A stretch of 64,000 nucleotides of DNA from an uncultured Chloroflexia bacterium (lineage in GTDB: Bacteria; Chloroflexota; UBA6077; JACCZL01): NCBI GenBank assembly GCA_963765765.1, contig CAVXYC010000018.1, forward strand, positions 111,250-175,249, read 5' to 3'. This document shows positions 9,959 through 20,709 of the stretch, in pieces. The number at the start of each line of letters is the position of its first letter. The stretch's first letter is position 1. The translations under genes were made by a program, and so were the position numbers. The notes below the pieces were generated by a model. It worked only from the letters and a program-made list of their open reading frames with translations. It was not told where the DNA came from and made no database searches.

Positions 9959-11587
9959 CTATGCGGTCAACGACCAAGCGCCTTCCATGCCAGGGATCTC
10001 GCGCGCCGCGGACAACACAGCCGGCGTAATGGGGTCGTCCACGACCATGACCATCAGGGCATCGCCGCCCGGATGGAAGCGTCCAACCTGGAGGCCCGAG
10101 ATGTTGACGTGGCTCCTTCCGAGAAGCGTCCCCACGGCACCCACAACGCCCGGCACGTCACTGTGATGTGTGAGCAAGAGGTGCCCGCCGTTGAGCGGCA
10201 GGTCCACGGGGAAGCCGAGAATTCGGCGGATCCTCAGCTCGTTGTCCTTGGCCTCGATCTCGACATCGGCCTCACCATGATCGGTACGAACCGACACGCG
10301 CACGCCGGCTTCGTCCGTTGGGGAACGGCGCTCCACTGGCCTCAGCCCGCGCTGCTCCGCAATCTCCTGCGCGTTGATCCAGGAGATTGGCTCGTCGCTG
10401 ATTCGACTCAGCAGTCCTGCTAGCGCGGCAGCGCTGAAGGCATTGGTCGTGACGTCGGCCGGCGAGCCATTAATGCTGATCTCTACCGACTTGAGCTGGC
10501 CTTCAGCAAGCTGGATGGCTAGGCCGCCAGCTTTGTCGGCCGCGTCAAGCCATGGATGAAGCGACGGGTCCTCGGGCCAGCGTGGCCCATTGAGCGCCCC
10601 AATCGGTGGTCCTCCCGACAGCATGCTGAGCATCTGCTCCGCGATGCGCACCGCCACCGACTCCAGCGCCTCGGTCGTCGACCCCGCGAGATGCGGTGTA
10701 GCCAGCACTTTGGGATGCATGGCCAGCGGATGCGCCGGAGCGGGCTCCTCGGGATACACATCGATTCCCGCGCCGGCGATGACGCCATTATCGAGTGCTT
10801 CGAGCAGCGCATCCGTATCGACGACTTCACCGCGCGCGCAGTTGATGATGTACGCCGTGGGCTTCATCGCCGCGAGCGTCTCACGATTGATCATGTTTCG
10901 AGTTTCGGATGTGGCCGGCACGTGGAGACTGATGAAGTCGGCTTCTCGCAGAAGCTGATCCAGGCCAACGATCTGCACCCCAAGACGCTCAGCCCTCTCC
11001 GCGGGAATGTATGGGTCCACAGCAAGGACCGACATTCCTAGAGCCCGGGCACGTGTTACGAGCTCACTGCCCACCGGGCCTAGTCCTACGGTTCCGAGGG
11101 TTCGGCCGGCCAGCTCGATGCCGGTGAACTTCGAGCGGTCCCATTTCCCTTCTCGTAGTGACTTGTTGGCCGGAACAAAGTGTCGGGCCAGTGCAATCAT
11201 GAGCCCCAGCGCATGCTCAGCCACTGCTACGGAGTTGCCGCCGGCGGCGTTGATGACCGCCACACCGCGCGCGGTGCAAGCTTCCACGTCGATGTTGTCC
11301 ACGCCCACCCCTGCACGGGCCACTACGCGGAGATTGGGGCCATGCTCTAGCAGCTCGCGGGTGACCTGCGTGCCGCTGCGGACAACCAATCCATCGCAGT
11401 CAGCCAGCATGGTGCGTAGCTCATCGGGCGAGGACGGTCGAAGGACCTGTGCACGCTCCTGGAGAAGCTGGAGTCCAGCGTCGCCAAACGGCTCCGCAAC
11501 TAGGATGCGCGCGGACGACGCGCCAATCAAGCGAAGCTGACGCGTGGCGTCGTCGGAGGAACTATTGATCGTGTCTGGCTGAGTCAC
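9959..11587 (-). CDS. serA: D-3-phosphoglycerate dehydrogenase, long form with C-terminal ACT domain
   Basis: NAD motif GTVGLGPVGSEL, catalytic region INCARGEVVD..ATPHLAGST, and an ACT-like C-terminus. Start set at a GTG preceded by ggag; the track start 11695 is probably too long. Confidence 0.85.
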   Translation of the reverse strand: MTQPDTINSSSDDATRQLRLIGASSARILVAEPFGDAGLQLLQERAQVLRPSSPDELRTMLADCDGLVVRSGTQVTRELLEHGPNLRVVARAGVGVDNIDVEACTARGVAVINAAGGNSVAVAEHALGLMIALARHFVPANKSLREGKWDRSKFTGIELAGRTLGTVGLGPVGSELVTRARALGMSVLAVDPYIPAERAERLGVQIVGLDQLLREADFISLHVPATSETRNMINRETLAAMKPTAYIINCARGEVVDTDALLEALDNGVIAGAGIDVYPEEPAPAHPLAMHPKVLATPHLAGSTTEALESVAVRIAEQMLSMLSGGPPIGALNGPRWPEDPSLHPWLDAADKAGGLAIQLAEGQLKSVEISINGSPADVTTNAFSAAALAGLLSRISDEPISWINAQEIAEQRGLRPVERRSPTDEAGVRVSVRTDHGEADVEIEAKDNELRIRRILGFPVDLPLNGGHLLLTHHSDVPGVVGAVGTLLGRSHVNISGLQVGRFHPGGDALMVMVVDDPITPAVLSAAREIPGMEGAWSLTA

Positions 11588-11722
11588 CGCAACTCCACGT
11601 ATAAGGTAAGCGTAAGGGCCCTCTCCGTTCGGGAGGGTAACATACGGCCGGCGCATGGTGCCGGAAGGCTTCCGCCCCCCGGGCACGCAGTACAATTATC
11701 GAACGATTCCGTGGAGGACTCA

Positions 11723-12340
11723 ATGACGGTTGATCGTGAAAAGCTCGCAGCCGTATCAGACCCGCGCCGGTCCGCCCTGGTCGTGGTGGACATGCAGAAT
11801 GATTTCTGCAATCCCGCGGACTATCCGGAGTCTGTGCCGATGCTGCCACGCCTCCAGCGACTCATCAATGAGTCGCGCCGCGCCGGCGTACAGGTGATCT
11901 TCACGCAGGTCAACCACGATGCGACGAACGACTCGACAGTCTGGTTGAGCCGCCGCGCCCCGGGACGTAAGGACATCGTCAAGGCCGGCACCTCTGGCGC
12001 TGAGTATCACCCCGATTTCCAGCCCCAGCCGGGCGATATCGACATTGTGAAACACCGCTACAGCGCGTTCATCGGGACGCCGCTGGAGATGAATCTGCGT
12101 ACGCTCGGTATCGAGACACTCTTCATGACCGGGATCTCCACGAACGTGTGCGTGGAGAGCACATTGCGGGACGCGTTTCAGCGAGATTTCCACGTCGTTC
12201 TGGTGGAGGACTGCTGCGCCTCGGGCACACGGGCGCTCCATGACGGCACGGTGGAGAACACCCGTCGTCACTTTGGGGGGCTCGTTGCTACGTCCGATGA
12301 AGTCGTGGAGGCCTGGAGCGAAGTCGCCGCGCGCGTGTAG
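11723..12340 (+). CDS. isochorismatase-family cysteine hydrolase
   Basis: SALVVVDMQNDF.., ..HRYSAF.., ..GISTNVCVEST catalytic Cys context. RBS ggagga lies before ATG 11723. Confidence 0.8.
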   Translation: MTVDREKLAAVSDPRRSALVVVDMQNDFCNPADYPESVPMLPRLQRLINESRRAGVQVIFTQVNHDATNDSTVWLSRRAPGRKDIVKAGTSGAEYHPDFQPQPGDIDIVKHRYSAFIGTPLEMNLRTLGIETLFMTGISTNVCVESTLRDAFQRDFHVVLVEDCCASGTRALHDGTVENTRRHFGGLVATSDEVVEAWSEVAARV

Positions 12341-12441
12341 CGCCAAATCCATCACCGCGGGCCGCGCAGGCGCCAACCGTCCCGTGCTGCATTCAGTCGA
12401 GGCGTCACCTTCATCAGCATTCGAAACTCGAGGAGGAGTCC

Positions 12442-13761
12442 ATGCTTAGTAAGGAAGACAATGTCACGCTGACTCAGGTAGGCCCCGGAACGCCCGGCGG
12501 CAACCTGATGAGGATGTACTGGCAGCCCGTAGCGGCAGCCAAGGAGCTTGACGATTCGCCGTTCCGCACCAAGGAAGTGCGTGTGCTCGGCGAAGATCTC
12601 GTGCTCTTCCGTGATCGGCAGGGAAAGCTCGGGCTGATCGAGCGTTTCTGCTCCCACCGTCGCGTCAACCTCGCCATCGGCGTCGTCGAAGACGACGGTC
12701 TGCGCTGTCAGTATCACGGCTGGAAGTTCAACGCCCAGGGCCAGTGCATCGAGCAGCCGTTCGAAGACACGATGCATCCTGAAGACAGCGTTCCGTTCGA
12801 AGTGCGGCATCACTGGGTATCCGGTACGCGAGATGGCCGGACTCGTGTTCGCCTACATGGGCCCGACCCCGGCTCCGGAGTTCCCTGTGTGGGAGCCATA
12901 CGCCTGGAACAACGTGGTGCGCGACATCGCCATCATTGAGCTGCACTGCAACTGGCTTCAGTGCCAGGAGAACTCGCTCGATCCGGTTCACAACGAGTGG
13001 CTGCACGGCTACTACGGAAACTACGTACACAGCCTGATGGAGCTCGACACCAATCGAGGTGTGGGCAATCGCTCACTAAGAAGCACCTGAAGATCGGCTT
13101 CGATGCGTTCGAATACGGCATCGTCAAGCGACGGGTGCAAGAAGGCGGGACTGAGGAGGACGATGACTGGAAAGTCGGCCACCCGGTGATGTTCCCGAAC
13201 ATCCTCCTGGTCGGCAGCCAGTTCTCAGCCACGATGCAGTTCCGCGTGCCCGTGGACGACACCAAGACGCTGCACATCTCGCTCTACTCGTTCCGTGCGG
13301 CGCCAGGTGCCAAAGCTCCCCAGCAGGACTCGGTGCCCTACCGCTATGTGAACCTTCACAAGGGCGATGGCAACTGGATCCTGAACTACATCTTCAACCA
13401 GGACTACAGCGCGTGGGTGACGCAGGGACCGGTAGCCAAGCGCCACCTGGAGAAGCTGGGCGAGTCTGACCGCGGCATCATCATGTTCCGCCAGCAGCTC
13501 AAAGACCAGATCGCCATCGTGGAAGCCGGCAACGATCCGATGTGCGTCTTCCGCGAGCCTGAGCAGGCCCAGTTCGTGGAGCTGCCACTGGAGAAGGACA
13601 AATTCGGCGCCAACCGACGGCCACCGAAATATGTGCCCGGCGAAGAAGGCTACAGCGCCGACGCGAAGCTTATTGAGCAGACGCTGGCCACCTGGGACGC
13701 GCTGCCGGAGCACGCGGCGGTGCCGGTTCCGGCCAGCCCGAGTCCAGCACCAGTCCGTTAG
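12442..13761 (+). pseudogene. Rieske non-haem-iron oxygenase paralog; two frame changes (near 12790 and 13070)
   Basis: CSHRRVNL..CQYHGWKF in ORF 12442..12939, FRSKCGITGYPVREMAGLVFAYMG..NWLQCQENSLDPVHNEWLHGYYGNY in ORF 12833..13090, and the remainder in ORF 12961..13761. Colinear with 24676..25887. Confidence 0.85.
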
Positions 13762-13783
13762 TTCCTAGGGCATAAAGGGCGGC

Positions 13784-13823
13784 AAGGACATAAGAGACGG
13801 CCTTTGCCGTCCCTTATGTCCTT
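13784..13823 (+). terminator. hairpin after the Rieske gene (18-bp stem, 1 mismatch, 4-nt loop), T-rich tail
   Basis: aaggacataagagacggc cttt gccgtcccttatgtcctt followed by ttgtcgtt. Confidence 0.5.
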
Positions 13824-13845
13824 TTGTCGTTAAGAGAGGGAGTTT

Positions 13846-15060
13846 ATGACTGAGCCAACGCTTCGTATTGGCCTGGTGGGCCTTGGCCGGGCCGCCACCG
13901 GCACGTTGCCATCCATGCAGAGGCATCCGAATATCACGGTAACCGGCGCGGCCGATATACGGCCGGAGGTCATCGAGCAATTCCGCGCGGACGCGGGGGT
14001 GGACGGCTTCACCAGTGTCGAAGCGCTGTGCGACAGCGGCACCGTGGACGCGGTCTACATCGCGACACCCACGCACCTCCACACGGAGCACGTGATCGCG
14101 GTGGCGGAGCGCGGCAAGCATGTGATGGTGGAAAAACCGATGGCGATCACCCTGGATGACGCCGAGAAGATGATCGACGTCACCACGAAAAACGGCGTGC
14201 AATTTCAGGTGGGGCACTCACAGAGCTACGAGCCACCGGCCAGAAAGATCCGCGAGATCGTCCAGAGCGGCATCCTCGGCAACCTGACCATGATGCACAA
14301 CTGGTACTACAACGACTGGCTGTATCGACCCCGCCTACCCGATGAGCTGAATACCGCGCGTGGCGGAGGCATCGTCTTCCGCCAGGGCGCCCACCAGTTC
14401 GACATCATGCGTCTGATCGCCGGTGGATTTGTGAACACCGTGCGAGCGTATACAGGTCGATGGGATCCTGATCGGCCGACAGAGGGTGCTCAGACCGCTT
14501 ATCTGGAATTCGACGGCGGGGTCGTGGCCACGGCGGTATACAGCGCCTACGACCGCTTCTATACAACCGAATTCACCAAGATAAACGAAGGCGGCCAGGA
14601 AGCCAAGCCCGGAGAGTACGCACAGGCCCGAATGGCCATTCGTAACGCCGGGGCCGGTGGCGAGGAAGCGCTCAAGTCCCAAGGCCGCTACGGCGGCGCA
14701 CGTCAGCAGGCGGGAGCATCTCCGCAGGCGCGACACCAGTCATTTTTTGGCCTGAGCATTATTAGCTGCGAGAAGGGCGATATCCGCCAATCGCCCGACG
14801 GCTTACTGATCTATGGCGAGGATCGCATGTGGGAAGAGCCGCTCACGCCGGGCATTGTGGGCCGCGACCTCATGGTGGACGAGTTCTACCGCGCCATTCG
14901 CTCGGGCACTCCCCCAAACAACGATGGACGCTGGGCCATGGGCACACTGGAAGTGACTCTAGCCGTCCTGGAATCGTCCCGCGAGCATCGGGAGGTGTCA
15001 CTCTCGCACCAGGTTGCCACGCGCGATGAGGCTCTCTCACTGAAGCCGAGCTGGATGTAG
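13846..15060 (+). CDS. Gfo/Idh/MocA family NAD(P)-dependent oxidoreductase
   Basis: N-terminal Rossmann LRIGLVGLGRAA and EKPMA motif (VMVEKPMAITLDDAEKM). RBS agagggag. Confidence 0.8.
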   Translation: MTEPTLRIGLVGLGRAATGTLPSMQRHPNITVTGAADIRPEVIEQFRADAGVDGFTSVEALCDSGTVDAVYIATPTHLHTEHVIAVAERGKHVMVEKPMAITLDDAEKMIDVTTKNGVQFQVGHSQSYEPPARKIREIVQSGILGNLTMMHNWYYNDWLYRPRLPDELNTARGGGIVFRQGAHQFDIMRLIAGGFVNTVRAYTGRWDPDRPTEGAQTAYLEFDGGVVATAVYSAYDRFYTTEFTKINEGGQEAKPGEYAQARMAIRNAGAGGEEALKSQGRYGGARQQAGASPQARHQSFFGLSIISCEKGDIRQSPDGLLIYGEDRMWEEPLTPGIVGRDLMVDEFYRAIRSGTPPNNDGRWAMGTLEVTLAVLESSREHREVSLSHQVATRDEALSLKPSWM

Positions 15061-15106
15061 GCGGGCGAATTAGACCGAACTGCCGGTACGATAAGAGCAG
15101 GTATCA

Positions 15107-15206
15107 CCCGTAGTGGCGTCCTCTTTGCGGGCGCCACCTTGAACTCCCTGTAGCAATCGCGGGAATAGCGATTTAGGTGGCGCCCGCAAGAGGACGCCAC
15201 TACGGG
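15107..15206. repeat. long GTAG-type palindromic element R2 (32-33-bp arms, about 35-nt loop)
   Basis: cccgtagtggcgtcctctttgcgggcgccacct ... aggtggcgcccgcaagaggacgccactacggg; one 1-nt indel between arms. Confidence 0.85.
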
Positions 15207-15248
15207 TTGTCATCTCGGGCCGGCCAATGGCTTACTGGAGAAGGAATC

Positions 15249-15995
15249 ATGGCACGATTAACTGACCGCGTAGCAGTCGTCTCCGGCGCGGCGATGGGCA
15301 TGGGTCAAGCCGCGGCGATTCGACTGGCCACCGAGGGCGCCACAATCGCGATCATCGACCGCGCTGATGCCAGCGAGACGATCGAACAGGTGAAGGAAGC
15401 GGGCTCCACTTCCGAAGGCTTCGTCTGCGATGTCACCGATGAGAATCAGGTCAACGACACCGCAAAGAAAATCAACGACCGGTTCGGTAGGATCGACATC
15501 CTGGTGAACAACGCGGGCAAGATCTCACCGCGGATTCCCTGGAACGAGCACACCAAGGCCCAGGTAGAAGAGTTCATCAACATCAACTACGTCGGCTATT
15601 TTCTGGTGACCAAAGCCGTCTATCCGTTCCTCAAGCAGAGCGCAACACCGCGCGTCATCAACGTGGCGTCGCGAACCTTCTTCCTGGCCGGTCCGGGGCA
15701 GATGGGGTACGTAGCCAGTAAAGGCGCCGTGGTCGGCATGACTCGCGTGCTGGCGCGAGAGATGGGCGAAGATGGGATCACGGTAAACGCCGTCATGCCG
15801 GGTCAGATCGCCACACCGGGCACGCGCCAGTACAACGAAGAAGAAGTCTTCAATCGCACCATGGCGAATCAGGCGATCAAGAAGCGCGGCATGCCGGAGC
15901 ATCTGGCGGCGCTGATCGCGTTCCTCGCCTCCGATGACGCTGAGATCATTACCGGCCAGACGATCATCTGCGACGGTGGCGGGTTCATGCACTAA
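15249..15995 (+). CDS. SDR family oxidoreductase
   Basis: VVSGAAMGMGQA cofactor motif, NNAG, and a YVASKGAV catalytic Tyr-x3-Lys. ATG 15249 follows ggagaagg. Confidence 0.85.
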   Translation: MARLTDRVAVVSGAAMGMGQAAAIRLATEGATIAIIDRADASETIEQVKEAGSTSEGFVCDVTDENQVNDTAKKINDRFGRIDILVNNAGKISPRIPWNEHTKAQVEEFININYVGYFLVTKAVYPFLKQSATPRVINVASRTFFLAGPGQMGYVASKGAVVGMTRVLAREMGEDGITVNAVMPGQIATPGTRQYNEEEVFNRTMANQAIKKRGMPEHLAALIAFLASDDAEIITGQTIICDGGGFMH

Positions 15996-16023
15996 CCTCG
16001 AATGGACGACTATGCCGACTCCG

Positions 16024-16146
16024 TAGCGCGGTGGTCTTGTGCCTCGCGCCTCGAGGAACCTCAGGCCGTGAAACGTGCATGGACGAGGTGATTTCTCGAG
16101 GCGCGGGGCACAAGACCACCGCGCTACGGAGTCGGCTCGCATTCGA
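16024..16146. repeat. long GTAG-type palindromic element R1 (42-bp arms, 1 mismatch)
   Basis: gccgactccgtagcgcggtggtcttgtgcctcgcgcctcgag ... ctcgaggcgcggggcacaagaccaccgcgctacggagtcggc. Confidence 0.9.
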
Positions 16147-16201
16147 CTGGCGGCCGGTGTTTAATGCGCCCGACTCAGTAGGCTTCCTTAGAGCCCTCAT
16201 C

Positions 16202-17809
16202 ATGTGCAGCGCGGCAATCATCTTGCGCGGTTTTCTGTTCTTCGCCGTGAGCTTAGTGCTCGTCTTCGGGCAAGCGGCGGTCGCGCGCGCCGTTGATGAC
16301 AGCACACTCCAGGTGAAGATCCAGGCGATCAACGACCTTCATGGCGGGATCGACTCGAGCAGGCGCGTGGGAAATCGACCCACGGCTGGCGCCCAGTATC
16401 TGGCCGCGATCATGAATCAGAAAGCTGCCGGCCATCCTCACGTGCTGCGCGTGGGCGCCGGAGACATGGTGGGTGCGAGCCCGTCCGTCTCCGCCCTGCT
16501 CCAGGACGAGCCCACCATCCGCGTGCTCAATTCACTTGGGCTGATCGTCAACACACCGGGCAATCACGAGTTCGATGAGGGCATTGGGGAGTTCTTCCGA
16601 CTTTCGATCGGGGGCTGTCACCCGGCGACGGGTTGTTTCGAGGGCGCCAGTTTTCAGCAGATCTCAGCCAATATCGTCGTTGATGCCACCGGCGAGCCGC
16701 TTCTTGCGCCGTACCGCGTGGAAATCGTCGATGGCATACCGATCGGGTTCATCGGCGCCACCCACACCGACGTGCCGCGCAGCGTCGTGGCCGGCGCGGT
16801 GGACGGGCTCAGTTTTACCGATCCCGCCACAGCGATTAATCGTTACGTCAATGAGCTCCAGGGGCTTGGCGTGCGTGCGTACATCGTTCTGATACACAGT
16901 GGCGCTGAGCTCCGACTCAACGATGGGAGACCAGGCGGGCCTTTCCTTCAGACTGTCGAGGCGCTGGACCCCGACATTGACGTTGTGATCAGTGCGCACA
17001 CGCACCACGGCTACACCACACGAATCGCAGGCAAGCTGGTGACGCAGGCGCACTCCTACGGTTCGGCCTTCGCTGATATCGATCTCACCATCGATAGGCA
17101 ATCAGGAGATGTCGTTTCGTCCTGGGCTGAGATTGTCAGCGCCACCACATCCGGCGTGACCCCTGACGGGAACGTCGCGGCGATCGTAGCAGACGCCCAG
17201 GCACGCGTTGGCCCACTGGTGACACGCGAGGTGACCTCCTTTGCGCGCTCTCTTAGCGCCGATCAAGGCCGCACCGGCGAGTCTGGCCTGGGCAATTTGA
17301 TCGCCGACGCGCAGCGCTGGAAGACCGGCTCACAGATCGCGATGGCGAATCCCGGCGGCATTCGCGCGGGAATCCCGACCGGCACCGTCACCTGGGGGCA
17401 ACTCTTCGCCGTTCAGCCATTTGGCAATGAGCTGGTCACCATGGATCTGTCCGGATACCAACTTCATTCGTTGTTCGAGCTGCAATGGTCAACGCAATCG
17501 GATGGGAGCATTCGGTACCGACCTCTCCAAGTTTCGGGAATACGGGTAGTGTGGGACGGATCACTGCCGCTGCGTGAGCGTATCGTGGAGCTGACCTTGG
17601 ATGATGGCGCGCGAATCCAGCCGGATACGATTTACCGAGTTACGGTGAACAGCTTTATGGCCAGCGGCGGTGATGGGTTCTGGATCTTCAATGACGGCCT
17701 CCGTCGCGAGTTTGGTGCGGCGGATATCGACGCTCTCGTGGAGTACGTCGAGCAGCTTCCGCAGCCTGTCGATGTACGTGTCGAAGACAGGATCTCGAGG
17801 CGTGACTGA
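16202..17809 (+). CDS. secreted bifunctional metallophosphatase / 5'-nucleotidase
   Basis: Signal-like MCSAAIILRGFLFFAVSLVLVFGQAAVARA, metallophosphoesterase motifs NDLHG, GDMVGASP, GNHEFD, and a 5'-nucleotidase C-terminal region (GESGLGNLIADA). The upstream part of the track ORF lies in repeat R1. Confidence 0.8.
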   Translation: MCSAAIILRGFLFFAVSLVLVFGQAAVARAVDDSTLQVKIQAINDLHGGIDSSRRVGNRPTAGAQYLAAIMNQKAAGHPHVLRVGAGDMVGASPSVSALLQDEPTIRVLNSLGLIVNTPGNHEFDEGIGEFFRLSIGGCHPATGCFEGASFQQISANIVVDATGEPLLAPYRVEIVDGIPIGFIGATHTDVPRSVVAGAVDGLSFTDPATAINRYVNELQGLGVRAYIVLIHSGAELRLNDGRPGGPFLQTVEALDPDIDVVISAHTHHGYTTRIAGKLVTQAHSYGSAFADIDLTIDRQSGDVVSSWAEIVSATTSGVTPDGNVAAIVADAQARVGPLVTREVTSFARSLSADQGRTGESGLGNLIADAQRWKTGSQIAMANPGGIRAGIPTGTVTWGQLFAVQPFGNELVTMDLSGYQLHSLFELQWSTQSDGSIRYRPLQVSGIRVVWDGSLPLRERIVELTLDDGARIQPDTIYRVTVNSFMASGGDGFWIFNDGLRREFGAADIDALVEYVEQLPQPVDVRVEDRISRRD

Positions 17810-18079
17810 GCGTTCGGCCAGCGGTGACAAAAGTTGAGCTCAAGATGCACGAGTCGAGCACGCTTCCACTCGGCAACGCCGTACTGAGCAGACCCCGACC
17901 ATTGTCAGTTCCGCCGGACATCACGATCCCGAATTGCTTTCCTGTTCGTGGCGGCCCCCGCGGCAAACGACTATCCTAGGCACCGGGTTTCGGTGTAGCG
18001 GGCGATCACCAACTCGGCCAGTGACGGTGGATGCCCCACCCGGAAACCCGTCCCCCTGTTTAATCCGAGGAGAGACTCC

Positions 18080-19255
18080 ATGGCGAGTTCCACGGCGGCG
18101 ACGACGCTTCTAGAATCGGCTCGCCAGCTTCGACCGCTCATCCTGGCGCAGCGCGATCAGATTGAGGCCGGGCGCCGGCTGCCCGAGGAGCTAGCGCGCG
18201 AGCTCACCGGCATCGGGTTATTCCGAGCCTCCCTGCCTGAAGCGTACGGCGGCTACGACCTCGGACCGCTCGAGACGATGGAGATCTACGAGGAGCTGGC
18301 GCGAGCGGACGCATCGGTAGCGTGGTGCGTGTGGAATGCCAACACCAACTGGACCACGGCCCGCATCCCGACCGAGGCGGCACACGCGGTCTTCGACGAT
18401 CCGAATCACATGCTCGCCAACAGCACCCAACCGTCGGGGCAGGCCGTCATCGTCGAGGGCGGCTATCGCGTCAACGGGCGATGGGCTCTGGTAAGCGGCT
18501 GCCAGGTCAGCACGTGGCTGATCCTGCTGTGCGTAGTGCACGCGGATGGGGCGCCGCGCCACACGTCGGACGGCGCACCAGAGGTCCGTTTCATGCTGCT
18601 CCCAACGGCCAACAGCGAGATCGTCGATACGTGGACCGCGGGCGGCTTACGGGGCACGGGCAGCCACGACGTGATCGTGCGGGACCAATTGGTGCCGGCC
18701 ACGTTCGCGTCCTACCATACCGATCAGTTGGTGCTGCCCGAGCCGCGCTACCGCTGCCCGCTGGTCGCGCGCATCACCTCCGGCCTGGCCGTGATGGCTC
18801 TTGGCGTCGCCCGAGGCGCGATCGAGGCGCTGATCGACCTGGCGGCCCAGAAGCGGAGCCCGGGAGCGAGGTCCACGTTGCAGCAGGACCGGGGCGCGCA
18901 AACACAACTTGCGCAGGCGGAGGCCCAGGTCCGCTCCGCCCGGCTGTACCTTTTTGACGCCGTCAGCCGCGTATGGGACGATGTCTTGCTGAGCCGCGAG
19001 CCTTCGCTCGAGGCGCGAGCCCAGGTGCGCCTCGCGGCCTGGCATGCCGTGACCAGCGCCGCGCGTGCAGTGGACCTGGTTTACCTGACGGGCGGCGCGA
19101 CTTCCCTGTATGCGACCTGTCCGATCGAGCGCGCCTTCCGGGATGTGCACGCCTTTACACAACACTACGCCGTTCATCCAAGCGGCCTGGAGCCGATCGG
19201 CCAGGTACTCTACGGCCTGGAGCCGGAGTTCGCACCAGGCAGGACGCGATTCTAG
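18080..19255 (+). CDS. acyl-CoA dehydrogenase family protein (possibly a flavin-dependent monooxygenase)
   Basis: 391-aa ORF with ACAD-like middle and C-terminal layout (GYRVNGRWALVSG.., FRDVHAFTQH). RBS gaggagag. Confidence 0.65.
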   Translation: MASSTAATTLLESARQLRPLILAQRDQIEAGRRLPEELARELTGIGLFRASLPEAYGGYDLGPLETMEIYEELARADASVAWCVWNANTNWTTARIPTEAAHAVFDDPNHMLANSTQPSGQAVIVEGGYRVNGRWALVSGCQVSTWLILLCVVHADGAPRHTSDGAPEVRFMLLPTANSEIVDTWTAGGLRGTGSHDVIVRDQLVPATFASYHTDQLVLPEPRYRCPLVARITSGLAVMALGVARGAIEALIDLAAQKRSPGARSTLQQDRGAQTQLAQAEAQVRSARLYLFDAVSRVWDDVLLSREPSLEARAQVRLAAWHAVTSAARAVDLVYLTGGATSLYATCPIERAFRDVHAFTQHYAVHPSGLEPIGQVLYGLEPEFAPGRTRF

Positions 19256-19403
19256 TGCGGCCGCCTGGGGGAGCAGGCCTCTCCAGATTGAGAGATCTCC
19301 AGTCGCGCGGCGCACACGATCGGCTCGTTTCGAGCTGTCGCCCCCGTTGACAGTATGTATCGTCGGGTCTAGGATCCCCACGAAGCAGCAATGGAGGACC
19401 CTC

Positions 19404-20432
19404 ATGGCGATCATCGATGCAGATGCGCATGTGGTCGAAAGCGAGAAAACCTGGACGTACATGGCCGGCGCCGATGCCAAATTTCGGCCGCAAACGGTCA
19501 TGATTACCGGCCCGGACGGTGGCGTGCGCGAGCATTGGGCCATTGACGGCCGGCTCATTAGCAAGGGACCGATCTCCGTCGACGAGATGACCCGGGCCGA
19601 GCGCGAGATGGACGACTTACCCGGTCGCCTGCGACACATGGACGAGCTCGGCACCGATATCCAGGTGCTCTATCCAACGATTTTCCTGGGGCCGGTGACG
19701 CAGAAGCCTGAAGTCGAAGCAGCCCTCTATCGCGGCTACAACCGCTGGCTGGCCGATATCTGGCAACAGACTAACAACCGTATGCGCTGGGCGGTGATGC
19801 TACCCTTCATGTCGCTGGACGTCGCGATGGACGAGCTGCGATTCGGGCTCGACAATGGTGCGTGCGGTGTGTTCATCCGCGGAATCGATGCCGAGAGACA
19901 ACCATCCGATCCGTACTTTTTCCCGATCTACTCAGCCGCACAGGAAGCCAATATTCCGGTCTGCGTGCATGCCGCTACCGGTAGCTTCGCGGTACATGAC
20001 TTCTTTGGCGAAGACCCTGGCATCTGGCGTTTCAAGGTGCCCGGCATCAACGCGTTCCATTCGCTGCTCATGCAGGAAGTGCCGAGTAAGTTCCCGACGC
20101 TTCGCTGGTGTTTCGTGGAGCTGGCCGCACAATGGGTACCCTACGCGGTACATGACATGGTGCGTCGCAAGGAGAAGCGCGGCAAGCCGCTGGACAAGCA
20201 CACCGTCGTGGCCGACAACCGCTTCTACGTCGCCTGTCAGACCGATGACGATATTCCTTACGTCTGCTCCTACACCGGGTCAAACAACATCATCATGGGC
20301 ACAGACTACGGCCACTCCGATACATCGAGCGAGCTGGAAGCGCTCATTCGTCTTAAGGAGATGCCCGAAGTCGGCCCGGATCTGGCGGCCAAGATTCTGG
20401 ACGCCAATGCGAAGGCGGCGTACGGGTTCTAG
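19404..20432 (+). CDS. amidohydrolase-2 (ACMSD/decarboxylase-like) family metal-dependent hydrolase
   Basis: MAIIDADAHVVE start with the His-x-His metal motif, ..VCVHA.., ..IMGTDYGHSD. RBS ggagga before ATG 19404. Confidence 0.8.
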   Translation: MAIIDADAHVVESEKTWTYMAGADAKFRPQTVMITGPDGGVREHWAIDGRLISKGPISVDEMTRAEREMDDLPGRLRHMDELGTDIQVLYPTIFLGPVTQKPEVEAALYRGYNRWLADIWQQTNNRMRWAVMLPFMSLDVAMDELRFGLDNGACGVFIRGIDAERQPSDPYFFPIYSAAQEANIPVCVHAATGSFAVHDFFGEDPGIWRFKVPGINAFHSLLMQEVPSKFPTLRWCFVELAAQWVPYAVHDMVRRKEKRGKPLDKHTVVADNRFYVACQTDDDIPYVCSYTGSNNIIMGTDYGHSDTSSELEALIRLKEMPEVGPDLAAKILDANAKAAYGF

Positions 20433-20525
20433 CGGGTCTAGGGACGAGCGCTCTTGGGGAGCGTGCACGGAACACCGCTTTCTCGAGTGGGACAATCTCC
20501 GGTCGTACTCATAACCACCGAAGCC

Positions 20526-20613
20526 TTGTCATCCTGAGCTACAGCGAAGGATCTTCCCCACCGGAATCCGTCACACCCGCGGGGAAGATCTTCCCTGTGG
20601 CTCAGGATGACAA
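20526..20613. repeat. palindromic element S1 (gtcatcctgagc...gaaggatc family)
   Basis: ttgtcatcctgagctacagcgaaggatcttcccc ... ggggaagatcttccctgtggctcaggatgacaa. Same family as 33630-33728. Confidence 0.85.
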
Positions 20614-20709
20614 TGAGCTCGGGTGTTGGCATCGTCAAACTGTTGTGCGGAGGTCAATAAAGCGGCTCTTGCGCACTCACTCCAAAGCGCTTCGCGCAAG
20701 TTGCTCCCG

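Noticed and set aside
17810-18079. 270-nt leader before the ACAD-like gene as a riboswitch
   Set aside because: No match to any riboswitch consensus I can recall, and no obvious terminator/antiterminator pair.
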